A DNA stretch of 64,000 nucleotides from an uncultured bacterium (GCA_964398355.1 CAYNMM010000030.1:2264-66263); one strand, 5' to 3'; counted from the stretch's first letter, positions 30,878 to 41,247 are shown. The notes: generated from the letters alone by a model not told the origin. Numbers and translations: made by a program.

Positions 30878-30878
30878 A

Positions 30879-31745
30879 ATGAAGGAATTTCTTTTAAAAT
30901 TGGGAAATATAGATAGGAGAATAATTTATGGCATCATAGCGGCAGGTGTTATAGTCCCTCTTCTGAAACCGATTGGGCTTCCAGAAAACATTACTCCACC
31001 TGTGAAACATCTGTACGATTATATTGATTCTTTGCCCCGTGGGTCCGTTATTGTTTTATCAATCGATTACGATGCCACTGTATTGCCTGAGGTACATCCA
31101 ATGGTACTGGCTGTTTTACGGCATGCGATGGTAAAAGGGATAAAGCCTATAGGGCTGGGCTTAAATCCTGCAGGTACCGGGCTTGGTCTCGACGCATTTT
31201 TAAAAGTTGGAAAAGAACTTGGAAAAAAATATGGAGAAGACTACGTCTATCTGGGGTTTAAGCCCAATGTGTCGGCGACAATACTTGGACTTGGCGAAAA
31301 TATCAGAAAAGTTTTCCCAACGGACTATTTCGGTACTCCTATTGATTCAATTCCAATGTTGAGAAACGTGAGGAATTATAATGACATAGCATTGACGATC
31401 AGCTTTTCGGGATCTTCTTTACCCGAGAGTTGGATCATGTATGCAAATGCAAGATATGGAGAAAAGATTGCATGTGGGGTGACTGCAGTTATGGCTGCGG
31501 ATTTTTATCCATATCTTCAAACAGGTCAGCTGATCGGAATGATTGCTGGATTAAAGGGAGCGGCCGAATACGAAACGCTTGTAAACAGGCTATTCAAAAA
31601 ATTCGGTCTCAGAAGGCCGTCTGTTATCGCAATTAGAGGAATGGATGCTAATTCACTTGCTCACGTTTTGATTATGATATTTATTATCCTTGGTAATATC
31701 GCATATTTCGCATCCAAAAGAGGGAGGAAGAATAATGTCGCATAA
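30879..31745 (+). CDS. Hypothetical bitopic membrane protein with a large central domain (second gene of the operon)
   Basis: The ATG at 30879 has a GGAGGGTG Shine-Dalgarno sequence overlapping the upstream stop. There is an N-terminal TM and a C-terminal TM. The start at 30846 in the ORF track lies inside the previous gene. Confidence 0.45.
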   Translation: MKEFLLKLGNIDRRIIYGIIAAGVIVPLLKPIGLPENITPPVKHLYDYIDSLPRGSVIVLSIDYDATVLPEVHPMVLAVLRHAMVKGIKPIGLGLNPAGTGLGLDAFLKVGKELGKKYGEDYVYLGFKPNVSATILGLGENIRKVFPTDYFGTPIDSIPMLRNVRNYNDIALTISFSGSSLPESWIMYANARYGEKIACGVTAVMAADFYPYLQTGQLIGMIAGLKGAAEYETLVNRLFKKFGLRRPSVIAIRGMDANSLAHVLIMIFIILGNIAYFASKRGRKNNVA

Positions 31746-32364
31746 TCCCTGGGTTTGGGTTTCAGCAATTTTGTCACTTTTCATATTTTCATTTCTTTAC
31801 AGGGACAATCCCTTTTACAAATTTGCTGAACATCTACTTGTCGGAGTTTCCGCTGGCTACTATTTAAACATTTATTGGTATAATGGGATTTACCCGAATA
31901 TCGTGTCACATATTGTTAAAGAGCACAACATGCTTTACATTGTTCCACTACTACTTGGCTTGCTCTATTTCGCTATTTTTATACCCAAATTCTCTTTTTT
32001 CATAAGGTGGCCTATAGCCTTCCTTCTTGGTACGGCATCAGGGTTTGCAATTCCAGCAGCATTTCAGGCAAGGATTATGGAGCAGGCGAAAGGGACAATT
32101 CTCCTTTCTCCTTCTTCTTATCATTCACCGCTTGCATTCATGAATGCAATTCTGATTTTTATTGGTGTATTAACAGTTCTGTCTTATTTTTTCTTTTCAA
32201 AAGAGCATAAGGGAGGACTCAAGATCTCATCCAAAGTCGGAATAATCTTTCTAATGATCGGATTTGGCGCTTCTTTTGGATACACTGTAATGGCTCGTGT
32301 TTCTCTTTTAATAGGCAGATTGCAATTTTTACTCGGCACATGGCTTGGATTAATTAAATACTGA
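31735..32364 (+). CDS. Hypothetical polytopic membrane protein (third gene of the operon)
   Basis: MSHNPWVWVSAILSLFIF... has about 6 TM helices. It overlaps the previous gene by 11 nt. Confidence 0.45.
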   Translation: MSHNPWVWVSAILSLFIFSFLYRDNPFYKFAEHLLVGVSAGYYLNIYWYNGIYPNIVSHIVKEHNMLYIVPLLLGLLYFAIFIPKFSFFIRWPIAFLLGTASGFAIPAAFQARIMEQAKGTILLSPSSYHSPLAFMNAILIFIGVLTVLSYFFFSKEHKGGLKISSKVGIIFLMIGFGASFGYTVMARVSLLIGRLQFLLGTWLGLIKY

Positions 32365-32365
32365 A

Positions 32366-33103
32366 ATGGAAAAATTCGCATTGATAACTGGCGGTTCAAG
32401 AGGTATAGGAAGAGCAACTGCAGTTTTGTTTGCCAGGAAGGGCATTAACGTTGCTGTGAATTATTTAAACAATGATAAGGCTGCTAAAGAAACCATTAAA
32501 ATGCTCGAAGAATTTAAAGTAAAAGCTTTTATGGTAAAAGCAGATGTATCCGTTGAAGATGAAGTAAGACGAATGTTTGATGTTATAAAAAAAGAGTTTG
32601 GTTCGCTCCAGATTGTAGTTAATAACGCAGGGCTTTCCACTCATTTCACTCCGGAGGAGCTCACACTTGAAGAATGGAATAGAGTTATTGCAGTTAATCT
32701 TACAGGAGCTTTTCTTGTCACAAAATATGCGATTCCTTTTCTGAAAGAATCGGGGTGGGGGAGGATAATAAACGTGTCCTCACTTAGAGCTTTTTCTGGA
32801 TCTCCTAAAGGGGTCCACTACTCATCTGCAAAGGCAGGATTACTTGGTTTCACAAGATCAATGGCCTTATATCTTGCGAAGTTCAACATAACGGTTAATG
32901 CTGTTGCACCTGGATATACACGGACGGACATGACCGCTGGTTACCTAAAAACAAGAGAGAATGAAATTAATGCAAAAATACCTCTTGGTAGAGTGGCGGA
33001 GCCAGAAGAAATTGCTGAAGTAATATATTTCCTCGCCTCTGAGGCAAGTTCATACATAACAGGCGAGGTAATAACTGCAAATGGAGGTGTGTACTTTACA
33101 TAG
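32366..33103 (+). CDS. fabG: SDR-family oxidoreductase, 3-oxoacyl-ACP reductase-like
   Basis: TGGSRGIGRA is present. The catalytic YSSAK is present as HYSSAKAG. NNAG is present. Confidence 0.75.
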   Translation: MEKFALITGGSRGIGRATAVLFARKGINVAVNYLNNDKAAKETIKMLEEFKVKAFMVKADVSVEDEVRRMFDVIKKEFGSLQIVVNNAGLSTHFTPEELTLEEWNRVIAVNLTGAFLVTKYAIPFLKESGWGRIINVSSLRAFSGSPKGVHYSSAKAGLLGFTRSMALYLAKFNITVNAVAPGYTRTDMTAGYLKTRENEINAKIPLGRVAEPEEIAEVIYFLASEASSYITGEVITANGGVYFT

Positions 33104-33125
33104 ACTTATCTATTCCAAGCGCGAA

Positions 33126-33368
33126 TTACTTCTTTTTTGAGGCCTCTGCCACAATCAGTCCAGGAAAAGCCAGTATGCCACCTATTATTCCCCCAACTAC
33201 GGCAGCAGAAAGCCAGTAAACGTCATAGGTTTTGTAAAAATATACACCAGCAAATCCACCCATTATAATGCCGAGGATTCCAGTTAGAATTGCAACAGAT
33301 TTGAGTAAAAAGTAAATAAGAATACCAACGGCTATAGCAATAATGAATATCAAAATGTTAAGAACCAT
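33126..33368 (-). CDS. Small hydrophobic protein (two TM helices, Gly-zipper)
   Basis: 80 aa, with GxxxG-rich helices. Confidence 0.3.
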   Translation of the reverse strand: MVLNILIFIIAIAVGILIYFLLKSVAILTGILGIIMGGFAGVYFYKTYDVYWLSAAVVGGIIGGILAFPGLIVAEASKKK

Positions 33369-33472
33369 CTCAATCCTCCCTGTTTATCATATTTCAAAAC
33401 CACATTTACCACGGATAATAAAATGTGCACCATGAATACCCAACATTTTAGAGCGAGCAAAATTCACGAAAA

Positions 33473-34582
33473 TTATTTCCCAAAAAATTCTCGTATTTTT
33501 TTCACTACATAGTCTTTCTCTTCGTCAGTTAGTTCAGGAAAGATAGGAAGTGAAAGCACCTCTTTTGCTGCTTTTTCAGCTTCCGGAAAATCCCCCTTTT
33601 TATAACCGAGATAGGAAAAAGCAGGTTGTAAATGTAGTGGGATAGGATAATGAATTGCCACTCCGATTCCGTTATTAATCAGATAATCTCTAAGCTCATC
33701 CCTTTTTTCTGTTCTCAGACTATATTGATGATAAATATGGTAATTGCCCTCACGCTCTACCGGCACCTTTACGACATCTTTCAAATTATCATTGTAAAAT
33801 TCTGCGTTTTTCCTTCTCATCTCATTCCACTTGTCAGTATGTGGGAGTTTTACGAGTAAATAAGCGGCCTGAAGTGAATCCAGTCTTGAATTATAACCAA
33901 GATACTCATGGTAATACTTACGTGGGGACCCATGAACTCGTAGGCTTTTTGCCTTTTTATATATTTCCTCATTATTTGTGACAACAAGACCGGCATCACC
34001 CAATGCCCCAAGATTTTTTGTAGGGAAGAAGCTGAAGGTCCCAGCATGGCCAATCGTACCGAGTTTTTTGCCTTTGTAAAGTGCCCCAATCCCCTGAGCC
34101 GTGTCTTCTATTACATACAATCCATAGTTGTTTGCAATTTGCATGATCCTATCCATATCCGCAGCCTGACCATAGAGATGAACGGGGATAATAGCCCTGG
34201 TTTTATCAGTAATTTTTTCCTCAATCAGCTCAGGGTTAATGTTGAAAGTGTCTGGATCGATATCTACAAATACTGGTTTTGCCCCCAGCATGGCTATTGT
34301 CTCTGCAGTAGCTATAAACGTGAATGGAGTTGTAATAACTTCATCTCCGGGTTTTACACCAATTGCAGAAAGGGCAATACTTATGGCATCTGTTCCATTA
34401 CCCACACCTATTGCATATTTCACACCAAGATATTCAGCAACCTTTTCTTCAAATTCAGTCACCCATGGACCAAGAATGAATTTTCCTGATTTTATTACAG
34501 TCTCAGTTGCTTTCATCAGCTCGTCCATGAGCTTTTCGTGTTGTCTGTTTAAAGTAAAAAGTGGTACGTTCATTTCAATCAT
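33473..34582 (-). CDS. DegT/DnrJ/EryC1/StrS-family PLP-dependent sugar aminotransferase
   Basis: 369 aa. The N-terminus resembles that family (FTLNRQHEKLMDEL...GNGTDAISIAL), and the K-containing PLP region is present. Confidence 0.7.
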   Translation of the reverse strand: MIEMNVPLFTLNRQHEKLMDELMKATETVIKSGKFILGPWVTEFEEKVAEYLGVKYAIGVGNGTDAISIALSAIGVKPGDEVITTPFTFIATAETIAMLGAKPVFVDIDPDTFNINPELIEEKITDKTRAIIPVHLYGQAADMDRIMQIANNYGLYVIEDTAQGIGALYKGKKLGTIGHAGTFSFFPTKNLGALGDAGLVVTNNEEIYKKAKSLRVHGSPRKYYHEYLGYNSRLDSLQAAYLLVKLPHTDKWNEMRRKNAEFYNDNLKDVVKVPVEREGNYHIYHQYSLRTEKRDELRDYLINNGIGVAIHYPIPLHLQPAFSYLGYKKGDFPEAEKAAKEVLSLPIFPELTDEEKDYVVKKIREFFGK

Positions 34583-34640
34583 CCTCCTTTCTCAAAAATT
34601 GTGGGGCCACACACAATACCTCCCCCCTCCTAAGCTATTT

Positions 34641-36041
34641 TTAAAGAGTAGAAATTATGATTTCAAACACCTTTTGTGGGAAAAGACCAAGATAAAAGAT
34701 AAAAATAACTGCAATCCACATGACCGATCTCAAAAATGGAAAATATGGCACTGCATGTTCTTCTCTCGCATCCATCATGTACATGTAAACTACAACTCTT
34801 AAATAGTAATATGCAGAGATGGCACCATTGATAAAGCCAAAGATAACAAGCCAGATGTGATTAGTCTTTGCGGCAGACATAAAGACATAGAATTTAGAAA
34901 TAAATCCAGAAGTAGTTGGAATTCCTGTCATAGAAATCATGAAGATAGCCATCATAAAAGCAAGCAGCGGAGATGTTCTTGAAAGACCTGCATAATCTTC
35001 GAGATTAGAATGTGAATCACCCACCATAGATACAATAGCGAAAGCACCGAACACCATAAAAGTGTAAGAGAGCATGTAAAATACGATTGCTGCATAAGCT
35101 TCCTGATTTGCAGAAACTATTGCGACGAGGACGTATCCGGCGTGCGCTATCGTCGAATACGCAAGCATCCTCTTGAGATTCCTGGTTTTCAAAGCGGCAA
35201 GATTTCCCCAGAACATTGTGAACACTGCAAGATAAGTAACCAATCCCTTCCAGATTTCGGGATGAGACTGGTAACCGCTAAGTAAGATCTTTAATATGAT
35301 TGCAAATCCAGCAGCCTTTGGACCAGCAGATAAAAACGCAACCACAGGCGCAGGTGCTCCCTCATAAACGTCCGGCGTCCACATGTGAAAAGGAATTGCA
35401 GCAATTTTAAAAGCAAGTCCTACAACGAGTAACACCAGAGTGACAATAAGACCCGGCTTTATACCCGTAAGGCCTGCCGCAAAAAGTTTGTTCGAGATCT
35501 CAGAAATATTTGTCGTCTGAAAAATTACATAAGTTAAAATAACACCAAAAAGGAAAAATGCTGACGAAAATGCTGCAAGGACAAAATATTTGAGAGTTGC
35601 CTCAGCAACAAATTCCTTCCTCTTCAAAATCCCAATCAATCCCAATAGCGAAAAGCTCAAAGTTTCCAAAGAAAGGAATAGCATGAATAAATCCGAAGAT
35701 TTTGCAAGTAACATCATGCCTATCAGAGATGTTATCAAGAAAAAGTAAAATTCACCCGAGATTTCAACAAAATAATCAAATGAGAGGAGAATCAAAAGAA
35801 TAGCACCTATAAAAAAGATGAGGTCGAACATACGATCAAACGGCCCAATTTTTACCATACCATAAAAAGCTATACCAGCGTTTCTAAACATAGAGAGGTC
35901 ATAAAACAAAGCTAATAATATTCCAAGAATAGTAACTGTACCAATAAACTGGAGACGTCTTGGAGTTAAGAATTCTATGATAAGGACAAGGACAGCAGTA
36001 ACTGAAAGGATTATCTCTGGCAAAAGAATGTGAGCATTCAT
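34641..36041 (-). CDS. nuoN: NADH-quinone oxidoreductase subunit N
   Basis: 466 aa, a polytopic antiporter-like subunit. It is last in a nuoHJKLMN series. Confidence 0.8.
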   Translation of the reverse strand: MNAHILLPEIILSVTAVLVLIIEFLTPRRLQFIGTVTILGILLALFYDLSMFRNAGIAFYGMVKIGPFDRMFDLIFFIGAILLILLSFDYFVEISGEFYFFLITSLIGMMLLAKSSDLFMLFLSLETLSFSLLGLIGILKRKEFVAEATLKYFVLAAFSSAFFLFGVILTYVIFQTTNISEISNKLFAAGLTGIKPGLIVTLVLLVVGLAFKIAAIPFHMWTPDVYEGAPAPVVAFLSAGPKAAGFAIILKILLSGYQSHPEIWKGLVTYLAVFTMFWGNLAALKTRNLKRMLAYSTIAHAGYVLVAIVSANQEAYAAIVFYMLSYTFMVFGAFAIVSMVGDSHSNLEDYAGLSRTSPLLAFMMAIFMISMTGIPTTSGFISKFYVFMSAAKTNHIWLVIFGFINGAISAYYYLRVVVYMYMMDAREEHAVPYFPFLRSVMWIAVIFIFYLGLFPQKVFEIIISTL

Positions 36042-37603
36042 CTTGCTTTCCTCCCGGTGATTTTAAGTGTAACATCTTCGCTGACAGGTTCTGTCAGCTT
36101 CTTCATCCTTCTCTCTGCATTCTGTGTATTTTTTATCTGGAGGATAACAGCACTTGAAGTGGGCTCTGTCATCTTAAGGTATGGCTTGGGATAAATTCCA
36201 ATCCAGAAGATAAATAGAAGAATTGGGGCGAGTACGAAGAATTCTCTTAGAGAAATGTCAGGTAGCCCAAGATTTTTCTCCTTGACCTTCAAAAATACAA
36301 CTTTCTGGAACATTGTAAGCATATAAACTGCGGCAAAAATAATGCCTATTACCGCAAAGTATGCTGCGAATTTTGTTGCTTTAAATGCACCAAGCATTAC
36401 GAGGAATTCACCTATAAATCCGTTCAATCCAGGCAATCCTATGGAAGACAGCATGACTATACCAAATATAACTGAAAAAACCGGCATAACTTTTGCGAGC
36501 CCTCCAAACTCTTCAATCAAACGTGTATGCCTTCTCTCATAAAGCATTCCAACGATAAAGAACAAAGCGCCAGTAGAAAGTCCATGATTAACCATTTGTA
36601 TTACAGCTCCTTGAGTACCGTACAGGTTAAATGTAAATATTCCAAGCACAATAAATCCCAGGTGGGCAACAGATGAATAGGCAACAAGCTTTTTTAAGTC
36701 CTTTTGTACCCATGACATAAATGCACCGTACAAAATCCCTATGATACCAAGCGCCATGAACAGAGGAGCATAATGAATTGCTGCTCTCGGGAAAAGTGGA
36801 AATGCAAACCTTAAAAATCCATAAATCCCCATCTTCAAGAGGACACCAGCGAGGAGCACTGACCCTGCCGTTGGTGCCTCTACGTGGGCATCCGGTAACC
36901 ACGTATGGAACGGAAAGATGGGAACCTTTATAGCAAATGCAATGGCAAAGGCAAGGAAAAGTTTTTTAGCAAGATCATAGGGTACATTCAATCTATACAA
37001 TTTTAAAAGGTCAAATGTATATACTCCTGTAACACTATGATTATAGAAATAGAGAACAAGAATTCCTGTGATAAGCAATGCACTTCCAGCCATTGTGTAG
37101 ATCACAAACTTAAATGCCGCATAAACCCTTCTCTCATGCCCCCATATTCCTATCAAAAAGTACATAGGGATCAGCATCAATTCCCAGAAAAGATAGAAAA
37201 GCAAGAGGTCAAGAGAGGCGAAGACCCCGATCATTCCGGTCTCCATGAGAAGCATGACAATTACATATTCCTTCGCCTTGTGGGTAATGTAGTTGTACGA
37301 AGAGAGAATTCCGAGTGCAGTCAGGAAAGTAGTCAATAATATTAAAATCAAGCTCATGCCATCTATTCCAACATGGAATGATGCCCCAATTGATGGGATC
37401 CACTTATAAACGTGCTCAAACTGAAATCCGTAGAGACCAAATTTGAATCCCTTCAGCAGAAATAGAGAGAGGAGGAATTCTATAAGTGTAACAAGCAGAG
37501 TGTAATCAAAAAGTACTTTCTTATTTTTAGGACTCATAAAGAAGATGGGAATCGCACCAATTACCGGAAAAATTATTACGAGACTCAGCAAATCCAGTTT
37601 CAT
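36038..37603 (-). CDS. nuoM: NADH-quinone oxidoreductase subunit M
   Basis: 521 aa, antiporter-like. Position in the operon supports the call. Confidence 0.8.
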   Translation of the reverse strand: MKLDLLSLVIIFPVIGAIPIFFMSPKNKKVLFDYTLLVTLIEFLLSLFLLKGFKFGLYGFQFEHVYKWIPSIGASFHVGIDGMSLILILLTTFLTALGILSSYNYITHKAKEYVIVMLLMETGMIGVFASLDLLLFYLFWELMLIPMYFLIGIWGHERRVYAAFKFVIYTMAGSALLITGILVLYFYNHSVTGVYTFDLLKLYRLNVPYDLAKKLFLAFAIAFAIKVPIFPFHTWLPDAHVEAPTAGSVLLAGVLLKMGIYGFLRFAFPLFPRAAIHYAPLFMALGIIGILYGAFMSWVQKDLKKLVAYSSVAHLGFIVLGIFTFNLYGTQGAVIQMVNHGLSTGALFFIVGMLYERRHTRLIEEFGGLAKVMPVFSVIFGIVMLSSIGLPGLNGFIGEFLVMLGAFKATKFAAYFAVIGIIFAAVYMLTMFQKVVFLKVKEKNLGLPDISLREFFVLAPILLFIFWIGIYPKPYLKMTEPTSSAVILQIKNTQNAERRMKKLTEPVSEDVTLKITGRKAR

Positions 37604-37614
37604 TCATTTTCCTC

Positions 37615-39480
37615 CTATTTTAAAAGTTGCAGCCAGAGAATTAATGTTGCTGCGAAAACGATCCAGACCATATAAGTCTTGACCGCACCTGTCTGAATCT
37701 TGTTCAAAACTGAACCGATAGCTCTGTTCAGCCAGGCAATTCCGTTTACAGTTCCATCAATCAATATCCGGTCAACGAGTTTAAAAAGTAACACTGCAAG
37801 AAAGTGTACCGGCTTCACAATAAATAGATTGTAAATCTCATCGACATACCATTTGCCTTTAAGTAGTTTATAGAACGTCTTGAATGTCCTGGCCATAGCC
37901 TCAGGTGAGGGTACATTTTTCATATACATGGACCATGCAAGGACTATTCCAAGAATACCCAACGCAAGGGGCAACCATTCCTGCCAGGGGGCTGGTTCAA
38001 TTAAAGCACCGTGTGCAGCATGGTAAAGTGATGGTGCAAGAAATTTGAAAAATGGACTGGCGTCTTCCCCGATGCCAACCCACCCTACCGCTATAGCTCC
38101 GATTGCAAGTACCCACAATGGAATTGTCATTACTGCAGGAGATTCGTGTGCGTGCTCATAAAGTTCTTCATCACGTGGTGAACCAAAGAAAACTTTAAAA
38201 ATCAATCTAAACATGTAAAAAGCAGTCATGAAAGCTGTAATCGTGCCGATCCACCAGATAGTGACATGTCCCCTGAGCAACGCTTCTTTCAAAATAGCAT
38301 CTTTTGAGAAAAACCCCGCAAGGGGTGGAATCCCAGAGAGTGCAAGTGCTCCTATAATAAAAGTAATTGCTGTATGAGGCATTTTCTTAAATAGTCCCCC
38401 CATCTTCTGCATATTCAACTCACCGTGAAGGGCATGCATTACACTACCAGCAGTTAAAAACAGGAGAGCTTTAAAGAAAGCATGGGTGTAAAGATGGAAA
38501 ATACCCGTGGCATAAGCCCCTATACCAACACCGATAAACATGTAACCAAGCTGAGATATTGTTGAGTATGCAAGAACTCTTTTGATGTCATCATTAACAA
38601 GGGCAATAGACGCTGCAAATATGGCCGTAAAAGCCCCGATTCCAGCTACAAGGTTGGCAACGGAACCATGTGACGAGTAAAGTGCACTTGATCTCGCAAC
38701 CATATAAACCCCTGCAGTAACCATTGTTGCAGCGTGAATGAGAGCGGATACAGGAGTGGGACCTTCCATGGCATCAGGCAGCCATACGTAAAGTGGAAAC
38801 TGGGCCGACTTTCCCATAGCTCCCATGAATAAAAAGAATGTTATTGCCCCAACTACCGCCGCTGACAAATGAGGAGCAGCTTCAAATACAGTCTTGTAAT
38901 CCACCGCTCCAACCGTGAAAAACATGGTAAAAATTCCAAGGATAAAACCAGCATCACCGATCCTGTTGACGATGAAAGCTTTCTTTCCCGCATCAGAGGC
39001 ACTCTTTTTCTCATACCAGAATCCAATAAGAAGATATGAACAAAGTCCTACTGCTTCCCAACCTACAAATAGCAAAACGTAGTTATTTGCGAGAACCAGG
39101 AGGAGCATAGAAAATACGAATAAATTCAGATAAGCAAAATATCGCCTATAACCCGGATCACCATGCATGTAACCGATTGAATAAATGTGAATAAAGAAAG
39201 AGACTGTGGTCACTGTAGCAATCATCACAGCAGATAGAGGATCAAGATACAGACCAAAATTTACATTGAAATCTTTTACAGGAATCCATTGCCATAAATT
39301 GACAATCAATGTATTTCCCGCAAGTACAAATTTCAGTAAATAAAGTGCGCCAATCCATGAAACCCCGATTGCTGGTACAGCAACCCAGTGTGCATACTTT
39401 TTAAACGGTGAGCCAAATACTCCGTTAATAACTGCTCCAAGTAGCGGCACAAAAAGTGTTAATATAAGTATAGCTTCCAT
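37615..39480 (-). CDS. nuoL: NADH-quinone oxidoreductase subunit L
   Basis: 621 aa, the longest antiporter-like subunit, with a C-terminal extension. Confidence 0.8.
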   Translation of the reverse strand: MEAILILTLFVPLLGAVINGVFGSPFKKYAHWVAVPAIGVSWIGALYLLKFVLAGNTLIVNLWQWIPVKDFNVNFGLYLDPLSAVMIATVTTVSFFIHIYSIGYMHGDPGYRRYFAYLNLFVFSMLLLVLANNYVLLFVGWEAVGLCSYLLIGFWYEKKSASDAGKKAFIVNRIGDAGFILGIFTMFFTVGAVDYKTVFEAAPHLSAAVVGAITFFLFMGAMGKSAQFPLYVWLPDAMEGPTPVSALIHAATMVTAGVYMVARSSALYSSHGSVANLVAGIGAFTAIFAASIALVNDDIKRVLAYSTISQLGYMFIGVGIGAYATGIFHLYTHAFFKALLFLTAGSVMHALHGELNMQKMGGLFKKMPHTAITFIIGALALSGIPPLAGFFSKDAILKEALLRGHVTIWWIGTITAFMTAFYMFRLIFKVFFGSPRDEELYEHAHESPAVMTIPLWVLAIGAIAVGWVGIGEDASPFFKFLAPSLYHAAHGALIEPAPWQEWLPLALGILGIVLAWSMYMKNVPSPEAMARTFKTFYKLLKGKWYVDEIYNLFIVKPVHFLAVLLFKLVDRILIDGTVNGIAWLNRAIGSVLNKIQTGAVKTYMVWIVFAATLILWLQLLK

Positions 39481-39484
39481 CTCT

Positions 39485-39787
39485 CTACCCCTTTAATGAT
39501 TTAAATACATCGACATCCACGCTACCTTTAACCCTCATTAAATTAATCGCAATTCCAAGTCCGACAGCCACTTCAACAGCAGCAACTACAAGAATAAATA
39601 GAATTAAAACCTGTGGATTTGTATCTTTTGAGTATTTTGCTAAACCGATAAGAGTAATATTTATAGAATTCAACATTATCTCAAGACTCATCAAAATATA
39701 AATTAAATTTCGACGGAAAATAACACCCAGAGCTCCAACGAAGAAGAGAATCACGCTAACCAGCAAATAATCACTGAATCCCAGCAT
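39485..39787 (-). CDS. nuoK: NADH-quinone oxidoreductase subunit K
   Basis: 100 aa, 3 TM. Confidence 0.8.
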   Translation of the reverse strand: MLGFSDYLLVSVILFFVGALGVIFRRNLIYILMSLEIMLNSINITLIGLAKYSKDTNPQVLILFILVVAAVEVAVGLGIAINLMRVKGSVDVDVFKSLKG

Positions 39788-40276
39788 TTAAACCTCCTTT
39801 TTTGCAAAAATAAATGCAAGAACCACACCTACAAGTAAGAGAATGGAGGCAACCTCAAAGGGTAAAAGATACCTGGAAAATATTGCATCGCCTATACCCG
39901 CAGCACTCGTATCAAAGTAAGGGGATTGAGGCACAAAATGTAGAATTGTTTTCCCAAATCCGTATAAGATACCGAGGGCAAAAAGTGCGAGTAAGATTAT
40001 CCCAACAAAACTTCTAAGTGATATATCAAAATCAAGTGATTCGCGCCTCAAACCGAGAATTATAATCACAAAGGCAATTAAAACAATTATTCCACCGGCA
40101 TAAACAATTATCTGGACGAACCCCAGATAGTCAGATCCGGCAAAAAAGAAGTAGAGGGAAATTGAGATAAAAAATAAAAGTAACGATAACGCACTTCTTA
40201 GTGGATTCTTCCCGAACAAAACACCAAGAGCAAAAAGTAAACTAAAAAAAGCATTAACGTAAAATATAACTTTCAT
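39788..40276 (-). CDS. nuoJ: NADH-quinone oxidoreductase subunit J
   Basis: MKVIFYVNAFFSLLFALGVLFGKNP. I prefer the start at 40276. The 26-codon Cys-rich extension in the ORF track would overlap nuoH. Confidence 0.75.
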   Translation of the reverse strand: MKVIFYVNAFFSLLFALGVLFGKNPLRSALSLLLFFISISLYFFFAGSDYLGFVQIIVYAGGIIVLIAFVIIILGLRRESLDFDISLRSFVGIILLALFALGILYGFGKTILHFVPQSPYFDTSAAGIGDAIFSRYLLPFEVASILLLVGVVLAFIFAKKEV

Positions 40277-40284
40277 AACACCTC

Positions 40285-41247
40285 CTAAAGATAAATTCTC
40301 AGAATAGCAGTAATGGCAATATTTAGCAAAGCAAGTGGGACAAGGAGTTTCCAACCTACTCCTATCAATTGATCAAATCTAAATCGTGGATATGTCCATC
40401 TGATCCACATAAAAACAAATAGTACAACGAACATTTTTATGGCAAACCAGATAAATCCGGGAAACCAGGGCCCCTGCCACCCTCCGAGATATATGGTTGT
40501 AATTATTGCGCTCATAGCAGTCAAATTGGCATACTCACCAAGATAAAAAAGAGCAAATTTCATGGAACTGTACTCCGTATGATAACCCGCCACAAGCTCT
40601 GCCTCAGCTTCCGGCAAGTCAAAGGGTATTCTATTTAATTCGGCAAGTGCAGCAATGAAGAAAACTATAAAACCGATTATTTGGGGAATAATATTCCAGA
40701 CAGTGTGCTGAGATTCTACAATTTTTACAAGAGACATAGAACCACTCCATAAGACAACACCGACAAATGCAAGTGCAAGAGCAACCTCATAACTTATAAG
40801 CTGACTCGCTACTCTCAATCCACCAATCATTGAGTATTTCGAATTTGAAGATAAACCAGCAAGGAGAACCCCATAGGTATTTATACCTGAAATAGCAAGG
40901 AGTAAAAGTATCCCAACATTTATATCAGAAAGGTAAAAATTCTTTGAGAATGGAATTATAACAAATGGCATAACCGCCATAGTCATGACAATTATGGGAG
41001 CGATCATGTAAAGAAGCTTATCGACGTGGGCAGGTATGACATCTTCTTTAAAAAATAACTTTATGCCGTCGGCAATAGGCTGAAGAAGTCCCCACGGACC
41101 AACCCGATTTGGCCCCAGCCTCTCCTGGATGTAAGCAACAACCTTTCTCTCCATCAAGGTGAGATAAGCTACCACTCCAAGCATACCAGCAATTACTATG
41201 GCTATTTTCACTCCGGTAATTAAAACATCCTTAAAAACTGGATTCAT
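40285..41247 (-). CDS. nuoH: NADH-quinone oxidoreductase subunit H
   Basis: 320 aa, with a NuoH/ND1-like TM pattern. Confidence 0.8.
   Translation of the reverse strand: MNPVFKDVLITGVKIAIVIAGMLGVVAYLTLMERKVVAYIQERLGPNRVGPWGLLQPIADGIKLFFKEDVIPAHVDKLLYMIAPIIVMTMAVMPFVIIPFSKNFYLSDINVGILLLLAISGINTYGVLLAGLSSNSKYSMIGGLRVASQLISYEVALALAFVGVVLWSGSMSLVKIVESQHTVWNIIPQIIGFIVFFIAALAELNRIPFDLPEAEAELVAGYHTEYSSMKFALFYLGEYANLTAMSAIITTIYLGGWQGPWFPGFIWFAIKMFVVLFVFMWIRWTYPRFRFDQLIGVGWKLLVPLALLNIAITAILRIYL

Noticed and set aside
30846-30878. A longer start for the second membrane-operon gene (ORF track start at 30846).
   Set aside because: It would overlap the upstream gene by 32 nt. The ATG at 30879 is preceded by GGAGGGTG at ideal spacing.
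40277-40354. A Cys-rich N-terminal extension of nuoJ in the ORF track (METPCPTCFAKYCHYCYS...) that could have been a fused mini-ferredoxin replacing NuoI.
   Set aside because: That segment lies inside the 3' end of nuoH in another frame. A canonical MKVIFYV start with proper spacing exists at 40276. Four Cys in 26 aa, without a CxxCxxCxxxCP pattern, is not a ferredoxin motif.
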